Shown: in pieces, positions 28,687 to 36,208 of the stretch
Position numbering within the stretch: position 1 is the stretch's first letter
Layout: each line of letters begins with the position of its first letter
Assembly (NCBI GenBank): GCA_949282975.1
Contig: CASDQY010000058.1
Location: 5,699 to 69,698, forward strand
DNA length: 64,000 bases
Direction of reading: 5' to 3'
Origin: an uncultured Oscillospiraceae bacterium
GTDB taxonomy: Bacteria > Bacillota > Clostridia > Oscillospirales > Ruminococcaceae
Position numbers and translations under genes: made by a program
Notes under the pieces: generated by a model
What the model was told of the DNA's origin: nothing
The model's database searches: none
Seen by the model: the letters and a program-made list of their open reading frames with translations, nothing else

Positions 28687-28846
28687 AAAGGTAAAAAAAG
28701 AGCTTTTCCACAGCGTAAAGTACTGCACCGATGCGATGGACGCTATCGTGCGGGCGGTGGAAGCCATGGGCTGGACCGATGATCTCATGGCCTACGCCAA
28801 AGAGCTGGACAAAGAAAAGGAGGAAGAAGGCCATGACGGAGGTTGA
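28676..28846 (+). CDS. Hypothetical protein (56 aa)
   Basis: Overlaps the previous stop. MENEKVKKELFHSVKYCTDAMDAIVRAVEAMGW... Confidence 0.4.
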   Translation: MENEKVKKELFHSVKYCTDAMDAIVRAVEAMGWTDDLMAYAKELDKEKEEEGHDGG

Positions 28847-29027
28847 AGTCGTAAAGAAAAGTGTCTGCCTGCTGGCCAAAGCCGCTTTGGAACTGCTGAA
28901 AAAATACGGCGACCAGGAAGCTGCCGATCGGTTTTTTGCCATGATGGAAGTGGCGGACAGGCTGAAATGGAAAGAGGACGTGGTGAGCTATCTCAAGGAG
29001 GCGGGATTGGATGTACGCTTTTCTTGA
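28833..29027 (+). CDS. Hypothetical protein (64 aa)
   Basis: ATG follows AAGGAGGAAGAAGG. MTEVEVVKKSVCLLAKAALELLKKYGDQEAADRFF... Confidence 0.45.
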   Translation: MTEVEVVKKSVCLLAKAALELLKKYGDQEAADRFFAMMEVADRLKWKEDVVSYLKEAGLDVRFS

Positions 29028-29244
29028 ATGGCTGGTCCAGCGGGCGGCCCTGGACCCGGATGCTTTTTCCTGCGCCATCATCGTGGCCATGCTGATGGTG
29101 ACGATGATCGCCGCTGTGGTGATTTGGTTTTGCGGTGTGGCGGTGTACAACCTTCTCCGGCATCGGAGCCGGAAGAAAGGAGAACGCCATGGGGGAAAAG
29201 AAAAAGAAGCAGATACCGCCGGAAGAGGTAGAAAAGCTGCTTAA
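29011..29244 (+). CDS. Small membrane protein (77 aa)
   Basis: ATG follows AAGGAGG. Central TM segment IIVAMLMVTMIAAVVIWFCGVAVY and a basic tail. Confidence 0.45.
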   Translation: MYAFLEWLVQRAALDPDAFSCAIIVAMLMVTMIAAVVIWFCGVAVYNLLRHRSRKKGERHGGKEKEADTAGRGRKAA

Positions 29245-29371
29245 GCGGCTCTATCTCAGCGGCTGGAAAACGGCGCAGATCGCCAAACGGGTCAGCTTGC
29301 CGGTGGCGGAAGTGGAACGCCGCCTGCCAGGAATCAGGAAGTCATTGGAGCATATCTACAAGATGATGTAG
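29189..29371 (+). CDS. Small HTH-like protein (60 aa)
   Basis: ATG follows GAAAGGAGAA. LYLSGWKTAQIAKRVSLPVAEVERRL resembles a sigma-region-4/LuxR-type HTH. Confidence 0.45.
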   Translation: MGEKKKKQIPPEEVEKLLKRLYLSGWKTAQIAKRVSLPVAEVERRLPGIRKSLEHIYKMM

Positions 29372-29382
29372 GAGGATTAAAA

Positions 29383-29634
29383 ATGAAATACGAAATTTTG
29401 GTCGCATACGACGATAAAGAGAAAAACAGCAAAATCAATATCACTCCAACCCCGCCAAACACAGCAGACTCTCTTTTTCATATTATATCTGCGTTGATGG
29501 GGGGTACTATCACGATCATAACAACGTGTGTAATCGACAAAGAGGCTAGAGCGGATACTATGAATAACGCCATCAAGGCTTTTGAAAAATTTGCCAACCT
29601 TGCGCTTGAGGAGGAGTCAAATGACAAAGTCTGA
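29383..29634 (+). CDS. Hypothetical protein (83 aa), locally AT-rich
   Basis: ATG follows TAGGAGGA. No family recognised. Confidence 0.5.
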   Translation: MKYEILVAYDDKEKNSKINITPTPPNTADSLFHIISALMGGTITIITTCVIDKEARADTMNNAIKAFEKFANLALEEESNDKV

Positions 29635-29839
29635 GCTTCGCCAGGCTTTTGCAGACCAAAAGCCGGTGATCTTCTCCGGCCCCATCGGGGCGCAGAAGCA
29701 TACCGGAACCTATGCCAAGATCACCGCTATAATCCAGCGGTGGGACGGCAGCCAGGTGATTACCCAGGCGGAAATTCTGGACAAGCAGGGCAACTCCGTC
29801 CTCATCGTCCGGCCGGAGGATTTGAGCCGGGCGCCGTAA
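29621..29839 (+). CDS. Hypothetical protein (72 aa)
   Basis: ATG follows GAGGAGG. MTKSELRQAFADQKPVIFSGPIG... Confidence 0.5.
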   Translation: MTKSELRQAFADQKPVIFSGPIGAQKHTGTYAKITAIIQRWDGSQVITQAEILDKQGNSVLIVRPEDLSRAP

Positions 29840-29899
29840 AAAGAAAACCGCCCGGGAAAAAACCGGACGGCAGGGGCCGACGACAAGCGCCGAAATCCT

Positions 29900-30008
29900 C
29901 TATACTGTGCATCTATAGTATAGCAGATATTCCGGCGGATGTCAAACAAAGCGGGCCAAAGACGGCCCGCTTACGGCCTTGTAATGGATAGTATCTTATC
30001 GACTATCC
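29900..30008 (+). promoter_or_regulatory. Three hairpins upstream of the Rep gene (candidate replication origin / nick-site region)
   Basis: CTATACT...AGTATAG (29900-29923), AGCGGGCC...GGCCCGCT (29950-29971) and GGATAGT...ACTATCC (29986-30008). Confidence 0.35.
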
Positions 30009-30038
30009 AGGAAAAAGAAGGAAAGGACAAAGCCGGAG

Positions 30039-30941
30039 ATGATCAGAGAGAAAAAAACCAAGTCAGGCCCCCTGCTGGAAGCGGATTTTTATCCGGTGTG
30101 GAGAAACGGGGTGAGGATACCAACCCGGGCGCCGAAAACCAAGCCCTCCACCCAGGAGCAGATCAAGTATAACCAACGGCAGGCGGAAAAGAAGCTGATT
30201 CGGCTGGTGAACGCCAACTTTGACAGCTCCGACTTGATCCTGCATCCCACATACATCCCGGAGAATGCTCCCCGGGATGAAAAGCAGGCAAGGAGGGATA
30301 TGGTCAACTACATCCGCCGGGTAAAGACCCGCCGGAAATCAGCATTGAAGGAAGTGACCCAGGCTCTGGAAGCCATGCCGGAACTGGAAGCTCTGAAAGG
30401 CCAGCGGGGGAAGTTGGAAGAACAGAAACGGAAACTGGAACAGCCCCTGAAGTACATCTATGTGATGGAAAAGGTGGAGTACAAGTCCGGGAAGTATAAA
30501 GGCCGGGCAAACTGGCACTTTCACGCATTTTTCACCGGGGGCCTGTCCAGGCGGGAGATGGAACAGCTCTGGCCGAAAGGGATGCGCACCAATGCAGACC
30601 GATTCCAGCCGGATCGCTTCGGGCCGGTGGCGGCCGCCCGCTATCTATCCAAGGACCCGCAAGGGTCCAAGCGGTACACCTGCTCCCGGAATCTGGACAA
30701 GCCGGTAGTGTCAAGGCCAAAGGACGGGAAGATCACCGCAAAAGGGGTCCAGCGCATGGCTACACAGCGGGTGGATGACCGGGCGTACTGGGAGAAGAGG
30801 TACAAGGGATACCGGTTTATCCGGTGTTACTCTCGGTATAACGAATACAACGGGCATTGGTATGTGTCGGTGGTGATGTACAAGGTCAAGGCCGGACAGG
30901 AGCCGCCGGATTGGAATGTGGAGGAGTGGATAGATGATTAA
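30039..30941 (+). CDS. HUH-superfamily rolling-circle Rep-like replication initiator
   Basis: HUH motif in GRANWHFHAFFTGG and a downstream Y-x-x-K motif in AAARYLSKD. 300 aa. Located at the start of the replication module. Confidence 0.6.
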   Translation: MIREKKTKSGPLLEADFYPVWRNGVRIPTRAPKTKPSTQEQIKYNQRQAEKKLIRLVNANFDSSDLILHPTYIPENAPRDEKQARRDMVNYIRRVKTRRKSALKEVTQALEAMPELEALKGQRGKLEEQKRKLEQPLKYIYVMEKVEYKSGKYKGRANWHFHAFFTGGLSRREMEQLWPKGMRTNADRFQPDRFGPVAAARYLSKDPQGSKRYTCSRNLDKPVVSRPKDGKITAKGVQRMATQRVDDRAYWEKRYKGYRFIRCYSRYNEYNGHWYVSVVMYKVKAGQEPPDWNVEEWIDD

Positions 30942-31116
30942 GCTAGCATTGATGCCGTATTGCGATGATTGCCCGTATTTTGAGGCGGATGTTGAAAAGC
31001 CAGAAAAAATCCAAAGATTTATGGTTGAAATAGACGAGATTGTCGAAAGAAATTACGGGAATACATACGTACGATGCAAAAAAGAGAAATTTGCGAAAAA
31101 ATCAGGCGGTATTTAG
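30934..31116 (+). CDS. Small Cys-containing hypothetical protein (60 aa)
   Basis: ATGA overlap with the Rep stop. MIKLALMPYCDDCPYFEADVEKPEK... Confidence 0.45.
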   Translation: MIKLALMPYCDDCPYFEADVEKPEKIQRFMVEIDEIVERNYGNTYVRCKKEKFAKKSGGI

Positions 31117-31270
31117 CTTGCGAGATACCATGAAAAGAAAGGATACCGACCATGAACAGCAGTAAAAATCGCCACGACGGCGGAGCCTACCGCCGTTACC
31201 AGGTGATGGTGGCGGCTCATGGGAAGGAAGGCAAAGACCGAAGCCGGTCACAGAAACGGAGGAAACGGAA

Positions 31271-32191
31271 ATGAGGGTGGGACTGCACGACGCAGAAAAG
31301 GAGCACTTCCGCCGGCCAAAAACCTTCCCAAATCTGGCCCTGATGAAAATATCAGCCTGGCATAAGGCACAGGGGGATACGGTAGAATGGTGGAATCCAC
31401 TCTTACAGTATGATCGTGTATACTCAAGTAAAGTCTTTGACTTTACACCGGAAAATCCATATTTGCCGCTGGGCACCATCAAGGGAGGGACAGGGTACGA
31501 TATCAAAAGCACTTTGCCGGATGAAGTGGATGAGATGTATCCGGACTACTCCATCTATCCAGAGTGCGACTATGCTATAGGTTTTCTCACTCGTGGCTGC
31601 ATCCGAACCTGCCCTTGGTGCGTGGTGCCGGAAAAAGAGGGCTATATCCGGCCTTATCGGGATTGGCGGCAAGTCGTGAGGAAAGACACCAAAAAGCTGG
31701 TACTGATGGACAACAACATTTTGGCCAGTCAGTGGGGAATAGACCAGCTGGAAGAATTGTCCACGACAGACTATAAGATGGACCTGAATCAGGGCATGGA
31801 TGCAAGGTTGGTGACGCCGGAACTGGTGGCGCTCTTTGGAGCGTTGCACTGGATAAAGTACATCCGGTTTTCCTGCGATACCGAATCTCAGGTGCCGTAC
31901 ATCGAAAAAATCTATCAGCTTTTCAAAGAAAAGGGCGTTGCGGTCACAAGGCTTTTTATCTATTTCCTGGTTCGCAGGGATTTGAAAGAAGCAAGCCGGA
32001 GGCTGGAAAAATTGAAGCCGCTGAAGGGTATCAGCATCTACGCACAAGCCGAAATGAACCCGAGAAAAGGAATCCTGCCAACCAAGGGCCAGAAAGAGTT
32101 TGCCAACAGGTATGTGTACGGAAGGTGCTACAAAACAGAAAGCTGGACGGAATACTGCAAAAGAAAAGGAATGGAGGAGTTTCTCGGATGA
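31271..32191 (+). CDS. Radical SAM domain protein
   Basis: CxxxCxxC cluster in GFLTRGCIRTCPWCVVPEKEG. 306 aa. RBS GGAGGAA. Confidence 0.75.
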   Translation: MRVGLHDAEKEHFRRPKTFPNLALMKISAWHKAQGDTVEWWNPLLQYDRVYSSKVFDFTPENPYLPLGTIKGGTGYDIKSTLPDEVDEMYPDYSIYPECDYAIGFLTRGCIRTCPWCVVPEKEGYIRPYRDWRQVVRKDTKKLVLMDNNILASQWGIDQLEELSTTDYKMDLNQGMDARLVTPELVALFGALHWIKYIRFSCDTESQVPYIEKIYQLFKEKGVAVTRLFIYFLVRRDLKEASRRLEKLKPLKGISIYAQAEMNPRKGILPTKGQKEFANRYVYGRCYKTESWTEYCKRKGMEEFLG

Positions 32192-33594
32192 CCCACTACG
32201 GTGACATAAAAACCCTTTCCGGCTCCACCCTTCCCCCGGTGGATGTAATCATCGGAGGAAGCCCGTGCCAGGACTTATCCGTGGCGGGGAAACGTGCCGG
32301 GCTGGCCGGAGAACGCTCCAACCTCTTTTTGGAGCAGATCAGGATTGTAAAGGAGATGCAGGATGCAACAGATGGAGTTTATCCAAGATACATGGTGTGG
32401 GAAAACGTCCCCGGAGCCTTGTCCAGCAACCGAGGCGAAGATTTCCGGCGGGTGCTCCAAGAAATCATCACAATCAAAGAAAACCGCCCTATTCCTCGAC
32501 CTGAGAAGTGGCGGACCAGCGGCTGCATCTTGGGGGACGGATACAGCGTGGCATGGCGAATACTGGACGCCCAGTTTTGGGGAGTGCCCCAGCGCCGCCG
32601 TAGAATCGCACTTGTGGCAGATTTTGCAGGACAATCCGCCCCGGAAATACTTTTTATCCGCCGAGGCTTGCAAGGGAATCCTACGACGGCTGAAAAAGCG
32701 TGGCAAGCCGGTACCGGAGCCGCTGATCCGGGCACTGGAACGGCAGTCTGGGGAATGCGGCAAAACAACAGCGACGATGCTAGAGGCGACGGAATCAAGA
32801 GAGATACCGCCCCGACCTTAAAGGCAGATCATCCGGGGTTGGTGGTGCTGGACAACCATCCGCAAGCTGCTAGGATTGGCATTAGTAAGAGCGGGAACGC
32901 CCAGCCGCTGGATGCGAAGAACGGAACCAGAGGAAACAACGGGCCGCTTGTACTATGCCTTGCCGGAAATGTGGCGGATCGAGCCAGCCACCAAAACGGA
33001 TGCGGCGTGACAGAGGGCACATCCTTTTCTCTGACGGCGACCGATCATCATATACTGTGCATCGGAAACGGCCAGAAAAACCAAAGTATCGGCAGCGTGG
33101 CGGAAACGCTATCCACCATGCACGATCAACTGGCGATTTTTGTTGACTGCCGAAACGGGACCGAGGGCGACACAGCCCAAACCATAACCGGCGGAAACGG
33201 CGGGCGGGGATACTCCCTCAACACACAGCCGGTGATCCACCGACAATCCGGCCTATGGCGGATTACACCCCTTGAGTGTGAGCGGTTGCAGGGATACCCG
33301 GACGGTTGGACGGATATCGGTGATTGGGTGGATGATAGGGGTAGAACCCGGAAATCCAGCGATGCAGCCCGGTACAAAGCACTGGGAAACAGCATTGCAC
33401 TTCCGCCCTGGAAATGGGTTCTCAAGCGCATTTCCGCCCAGTTCGAGCGGGATGCCACCATGGGGAGCCTGTTTGACGGGATCGGCGGATTTCCTCTGCT
33501 GTGGGAGCAGCTCAACGGGAAAGGTAGCTGCCTTTGGGCAAGCGAGATAGAGCCGTTTTGCGTGGCGGTGACGAAAAAACGATTTAAGGGGTGA
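32188..33594 (+). CDS. DNA (cytosine-5) methyltransferase with circularly permuted motif order
   Basis: ATGA overlap with the previous stop. Motif order is III/IV (HYGDIK..GGSPCQDLS), VI (WENVPG), VIII (QFWGVPQRRRR), long TRD, IX (ITPLECERLQGYPDGWT), X (LGNSIALP), then I (LFDGIGGF) and II (WASEIEPF) at the extreme C-terminus. Confidence 0.8.
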   Translation: MTHYGDIKTLSGSTLPPVDVIIGGSPCQDLSVAGKRAGLAGERSNLFLEQIRIVKEMQDATDGVYPRYMVWENVPGALSSNRGEDFRRVLQEIITIKENRPIPRPEKWRTSGCILGDGYSVAWRILDAQFWGVPQRRRRIALVADFAGQSAPEILFIRRGLQGNPTTAEKAWQAGTGAADPGTGTAVWGMRQNNSDDARGDGIKRDTAPTLKADHPGLVVLDNHPQAARIGISKSGNAQPLDAKNGTRGNNGPLVLCLAGNVADRASHQNGCGVTEGTSFSLTATDHHILCIGNGQKNQSIGSVAETLSTMHDQLAIFVDCRNGTEGDTAQTITGGNGGRGYSLNTQPVIHRQSGLWRITPLECERLQGYPDGWTDIGDWVDDRGRTRKSSDAARYKALGNSIALPPWKWVLKRISAQFERDATMGSLFDGIGGFPLLWEQLNGKGSCLWASEIEPFCVAVTKKRFKG

Positions 33595-33598
33595 TACC

Positions 33599-34333
33599 AT
33601 CAGAAAGAAACTGATTGCCTCATGCTCTTTCGGCAAAGACAGCCCGGCCGCCATCATTGTGGCGGAGCAGTACGGACTACATATCGACAAGGCGGTGTAC
33701 TGTCGGATTATGTTTGACGACACCACCTCTGCTGAGCTGCCGGAGCACGAAGAATTCATTCACACAAAAGCCATTCCGCTGCTCAAAAGCCGGTACGGGA
33801 TTGAGACAACCATTGTACAGGCGGATGTGACGTACTGTGATGTTTTCTTTCGGAAGTTTCAAAGAGGGAAACGAGAGGGGATAATTTATGGGTTTCCCAT
33901 GCGGAGCAGGGCTTGGTGCAATTCCAGGCTCAAAGTGGAGCCGATTAAAAAGTGGGGAAAACAGGTGGGGGACTATCAAAGCGTGATTGGAATTGCCGCC
34001 GATGAAACAAAGCGGATTGGCCGAAAAATCGAAAATGGAAATCTACTGCCGTTGGTGCAGTATGGTATCACAGAAGCGGAGGCTTTCACCATCTGCCAGC
34101 GTGAGGGGTTGCTGTCACCGGCCTATAACGCTGGACGCAAGCGGCTGGGCTGTTGGTTTTGCCACAATCAGAGGGTTGCAGAACTGAGACGGCTGCGCCA
34201 GGAGCATCCAGAGCTTTGGGAAAAACTGCTTGCGTTGGATGCAGTCAGCCCGGTGCGATTTAAACAGGAGCACAGCGTGGCGGACTTCGACCGGCGATTT
34301 GCGGCAGAGGATAAGCAGATAGTGATGTTTTAG
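33599..34333 (+). CDS. PAPS-reductase-like PP-loop protein, probable non-canonical (ATC) start
   Basis: The PP-loop SCSFGKDS is encoded upstream of the first canonical start (GTG 33659). The frame is open from 33572. ATC at 33599 lies 5 nt after AAGGGGTG. The C-terminal CWFC motif is typical of phage PAPS-reductase-like proteins. Confidence 0.6.
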   Translation: MRKKLIASCSFGKDSPAAIIVAEQYGLHIDKAVYCRIMFDDTTSAELPEHEEFIHTKAIPLLKSRYGIETTIVQADVTYCDVFFRKFQRGKREGIIYGFPMRSRAWCNSRLKVEPIKKWGKQVGDYQSVIGIAADETKRIGRKIENGNLLPLVQYGITEAEAFTICQREGLLSPAYNAGRKRLGCWFCHNQRVAELRRLRQEHPELWEKLLALDAVSPVRFKQEHSVADFDRRFAAEDKQIVMF

Positions 34334-34344
34334 GAGGTATAAAA

Positions 34345-34680
34345 ATGTTTAACGAACAAGAAAAATCCATTCTTCAAAAAGCCATTGAAACCTACGGCGT
34401 GAATGCGCAGATTGACATCGCCGTGGAAGAAATGGCAGAACTGACCAAGGCTTTGATGAAGCACAGAAGGAATGAAAAATTCAAAAAGGACGATTTTAAC
34501 GCTGCGATAAGATGTATGGCTTCGATCTGCGGTGAGATCGCCGATGTGCTGATCATGCTGGAACAGCTTCAGATGATTTTCGACAACAGGGGGCTGGTGG
34601 AAAAAATCAAAGAAGAAAAAATCCAGCGGCTGGAAAACCGCTTGCGGGAGGCACAAAATGAGCAGTCTGTCCAGCAGTAA
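34345..34680 (+). CDS. MazG-like nucleotide pyrophosphohydrolase
   Basis: All-alpha protein of 111 aa with IDIAVEEMAELTKAL and EIADVLIMLEQL metal-binding helices. Confidence 0.7.
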   Translation: MFNEQEKSILQKAIETYGVNAQIDIAVEEMAELTKALMKHRRNEKFKKDDFNAAIRCMASICGEIADVLIMLEQLQMIFDNRGLVEKIKEEKIQRLENRLREAQNEQSVQQ

Positions 34681-35185
34681 AGCCCGCTCCAACGGCGCCG
34701 CTTTTGAGCAGCTCATCAGCGCCGGATGCCGGTACTACATCAAAAAAGGAATTGCCATCATCCACAAAACCCCGGAACCAATGCACCCCATCCAGCAGAT
34801 GGGCAACGGCCGATTTCTGGCTGCCTACGATAAAAAAGCCCAGCCGGATTATCAGGGCACACTCCGTGGCGGGCGGAGTATCGTCTTTGAAGCAAAGCAT
34901 TCCGAAAACGAGATGTCGCAGGGGCGGATCACCACAGCCCAGTGGGCGGACCTGGACGGACATCAGGCCATGGGTGCGCTGTGCTATGTGCTGGTGTCCT
35001 TTGGCTTTCGGATTTTCGCCATGATCCCCTGGGAGGTGTGGAAAGACATGAAAAGCCAGGTGGGCCGGGTACATCTCAAGCCCACGGATGAGCTGGTAAG
35101 GGCATACCAGGTCAAGGCGGCCGGCGGCGGAATCCTGTTTTTGGACTACTGCTGGCTAAAAAAGGAAAATGGAGGGAAGCCATGA
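34658..35185 (+). CDS. RecU-type Holliday junction resolvase
   Basis: NGAAFEQLI...IHKTPEP...PDYQGTL..GRSIVFEAK is the RecU catalytic pattern. Confidence 0.8.
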   Translation: MSSLSSSKARSNGAAFEQLISAGCRYYIKKGIAIIHKTPEPMHPIQQMGNGRFLAAYDKKAQPDYQGTLRGGRSIVFEAKHSENEMSQGRITTAQWADLDGHQAMGALCYVLVSFGFRIFAMIPWEVWKDMKSQVGRVHLKPTDELVRAYQVKAAGGGILFLDYCWLKKENGGKP

Positions 35186-35559
35186 CCAGAAAAGAAGTGA
35201 TCAAGATGCTGAAAAAGTACAGGGAAAGCGGAGCCAAAATCGAAACGAGAGAAAAAGAACTGGAAGAGTGGGAAAGCCGGTATCGGAAAGACCTGTCCTT
35301 CAAGGTGTTAATGCCCATGAGCCTGATCATGTGTAGGATCAAAGCGGAAGTGGAACAGGCCGCCAGGGACAGGGATACCGTTTTGGAGGCGGTAAGCCTC
35401 ATAGAGGATAGCAGTATCAGACAGGTGATGGAGCAGCGATATCTGGCCGGTCAGTCTTTCGGCCGCATTGCGGAAAAAACGGGATACTGCGTGAGCTACG
35501 TATTTGAGCTGCACAGAAAAGGGCTGATCGAAATCCAGAAAAAATTCCATAGTTTTTAG
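35182..35559 (+). CDS. ArpU/RinA-like late transcription regulator (sigma region-4-like)
   Basis: ATGA overlap with recU. The C-terminal IRQVMEQRYLAGQSFGRIAEKTGYCVSYVFELHRKGL resembles a sigma-70 region 4 HTH. It occupies the last position before the packaging module. Confidence 0.65.
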   Translation: MTRKEVIKMLKKYRESGAKIETREKELEEWESRYRKDLSFKVLMPMSLIMCRIKAEVEQAARDRDTVLEAVSLIEDSSIRQVMEQRYLAGQSFGRIAEKTGYCVSYVFELHRKGLIEIQKKFHSF

Positions 35560-35562
35560 CAG

Positions 35563-35591
35563 TTTTCAAGGTAAAAATTCTGTGCTACAAT
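35563..35591 (+). promoter_or_regulatory. Candidate promoter of the noncoding island
   Basis: TTTTCA, a 17-nt spacer, then extended -10 TGcTACAAT (35583-35591), directly after the ArpU-like stop codon. Confidence 0.4.
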
Positions 35592-35596
35592 GGGGA

Positions 35597-36016
35597 CGAA
35601 GCAGCAGGGGAAGCAGCTTCGCCGCCTGCGCCGGGCGGCATGAGTGCGGCGCACTTGTGTTCTTTTTTCCTTTTTTCCTTTCCTTTGCGTGGGGGCATTC
35701 GCTCCCACAAAATGGCGGCACTGAGTAGACACACGGCTGCAAGAGTGGCTGTGCCGTGGCGGTGCGATTCCGTCTGCCGCATCCAATCAAAACCAAACAT
35801 GCAATCCCAGTGGGCGGGGCAGACACCTGCCCACATCATGATAGCAGTGGTCACCGCTTTTGTGTCGCTTGCGGTGCCGGTTCGATTCCGGCGGCTATCG
35901 CCAGTAAGGTGCCCGCTTCGGCGGCGCACCTGGTTTGAGCCACCAGACAAGCTTCGGGAGGCATACCGTCATCCATCCAGAAAAGCACCCTTCCGAACCG
36001 TGGGTGCTTTTTGTTT
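35597..36016 (+). ncRNA. Unclassified highly structured noncoding region with two tRNA-like (T-arm/acceptor/CCA) modules and a strong terminator
   Basis: No plausible ORF. Successive GC-rich hairpins. Module 1 is 35714-35785 and module 2 is 35840-35903. A UUCG-capped hairpin lies at 35907-35931. The terminator is AGCACCC...GGGTGCT followed by TTTTTGTTT (35984-36016). Confidence 0.45.
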
Positions 36017-36028
36017 AAGGGGGCAAAA

Positions 36029-36208
36029 ATGATAAAAGAAATCAACGAAAAGCCATGGTTCTGCTGCCCCAGATGCGGCAGGAAAATCCACCCGGTTTCC
36101 CCCGGCGCCTGCGGGGTGTATGTGGTCTGTAAGCAAAAACGGGCGGACGGAAGCCGGTGCAACTGGAAAGGAGAAATAAGGTGGGATAAAAATGACAATC
36201 AACTTTGA
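36029..36208 (+). CDS. Small zinc-ribbon protein (59 aa)
   Basis: ATG follows AAGGGGG. CCPRCGRK...CKQKRADGSRC gives four or more Cys in ribbon spacing. Confidence 0.5.
   Translation: MIKEINEKPWFCCPRCGRKIHPVSPGACGVYVVCKQKRADGSRCNWKGEIRWDKNDNQL

Noticed and set aside
31152-31274. 40-aa very basic ORF (MNSSKNRHDGGAYRRYQ..KRRKRK) overlapping the radical SAM start
   Set aside because: It is a possible small protein with an ATGA overlap to the next gene. Its RBS is weak, conservation cannot be assessed, and such Arg/Lys runs arise easily in purine-rich leaders. It is not listed as a feature.
35714-35903. Calling the two T-arm/CCA modules genuine tRNA genes (including a possible UGA suppressor that would explain the Dit TGA)
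   Set aside because: Neither module forms a D arm or a 5-bp anticodon stem with a 7-nt loop. The lengths are 72 and 64 nt including CCA. No loop presents a U-flanked UCA anticodon. They are kept only as tRNA-like elements of unknown function.
35640-36032. 130-aa plus-strand ORF across the structured noncoding island
   Set aside because: The translation (..CSFFLFSFPLRGGIRSHK..) is not protein-like and there is no RBS. The ORF runs through hairpins, the tRNA-like modules and the terminator.
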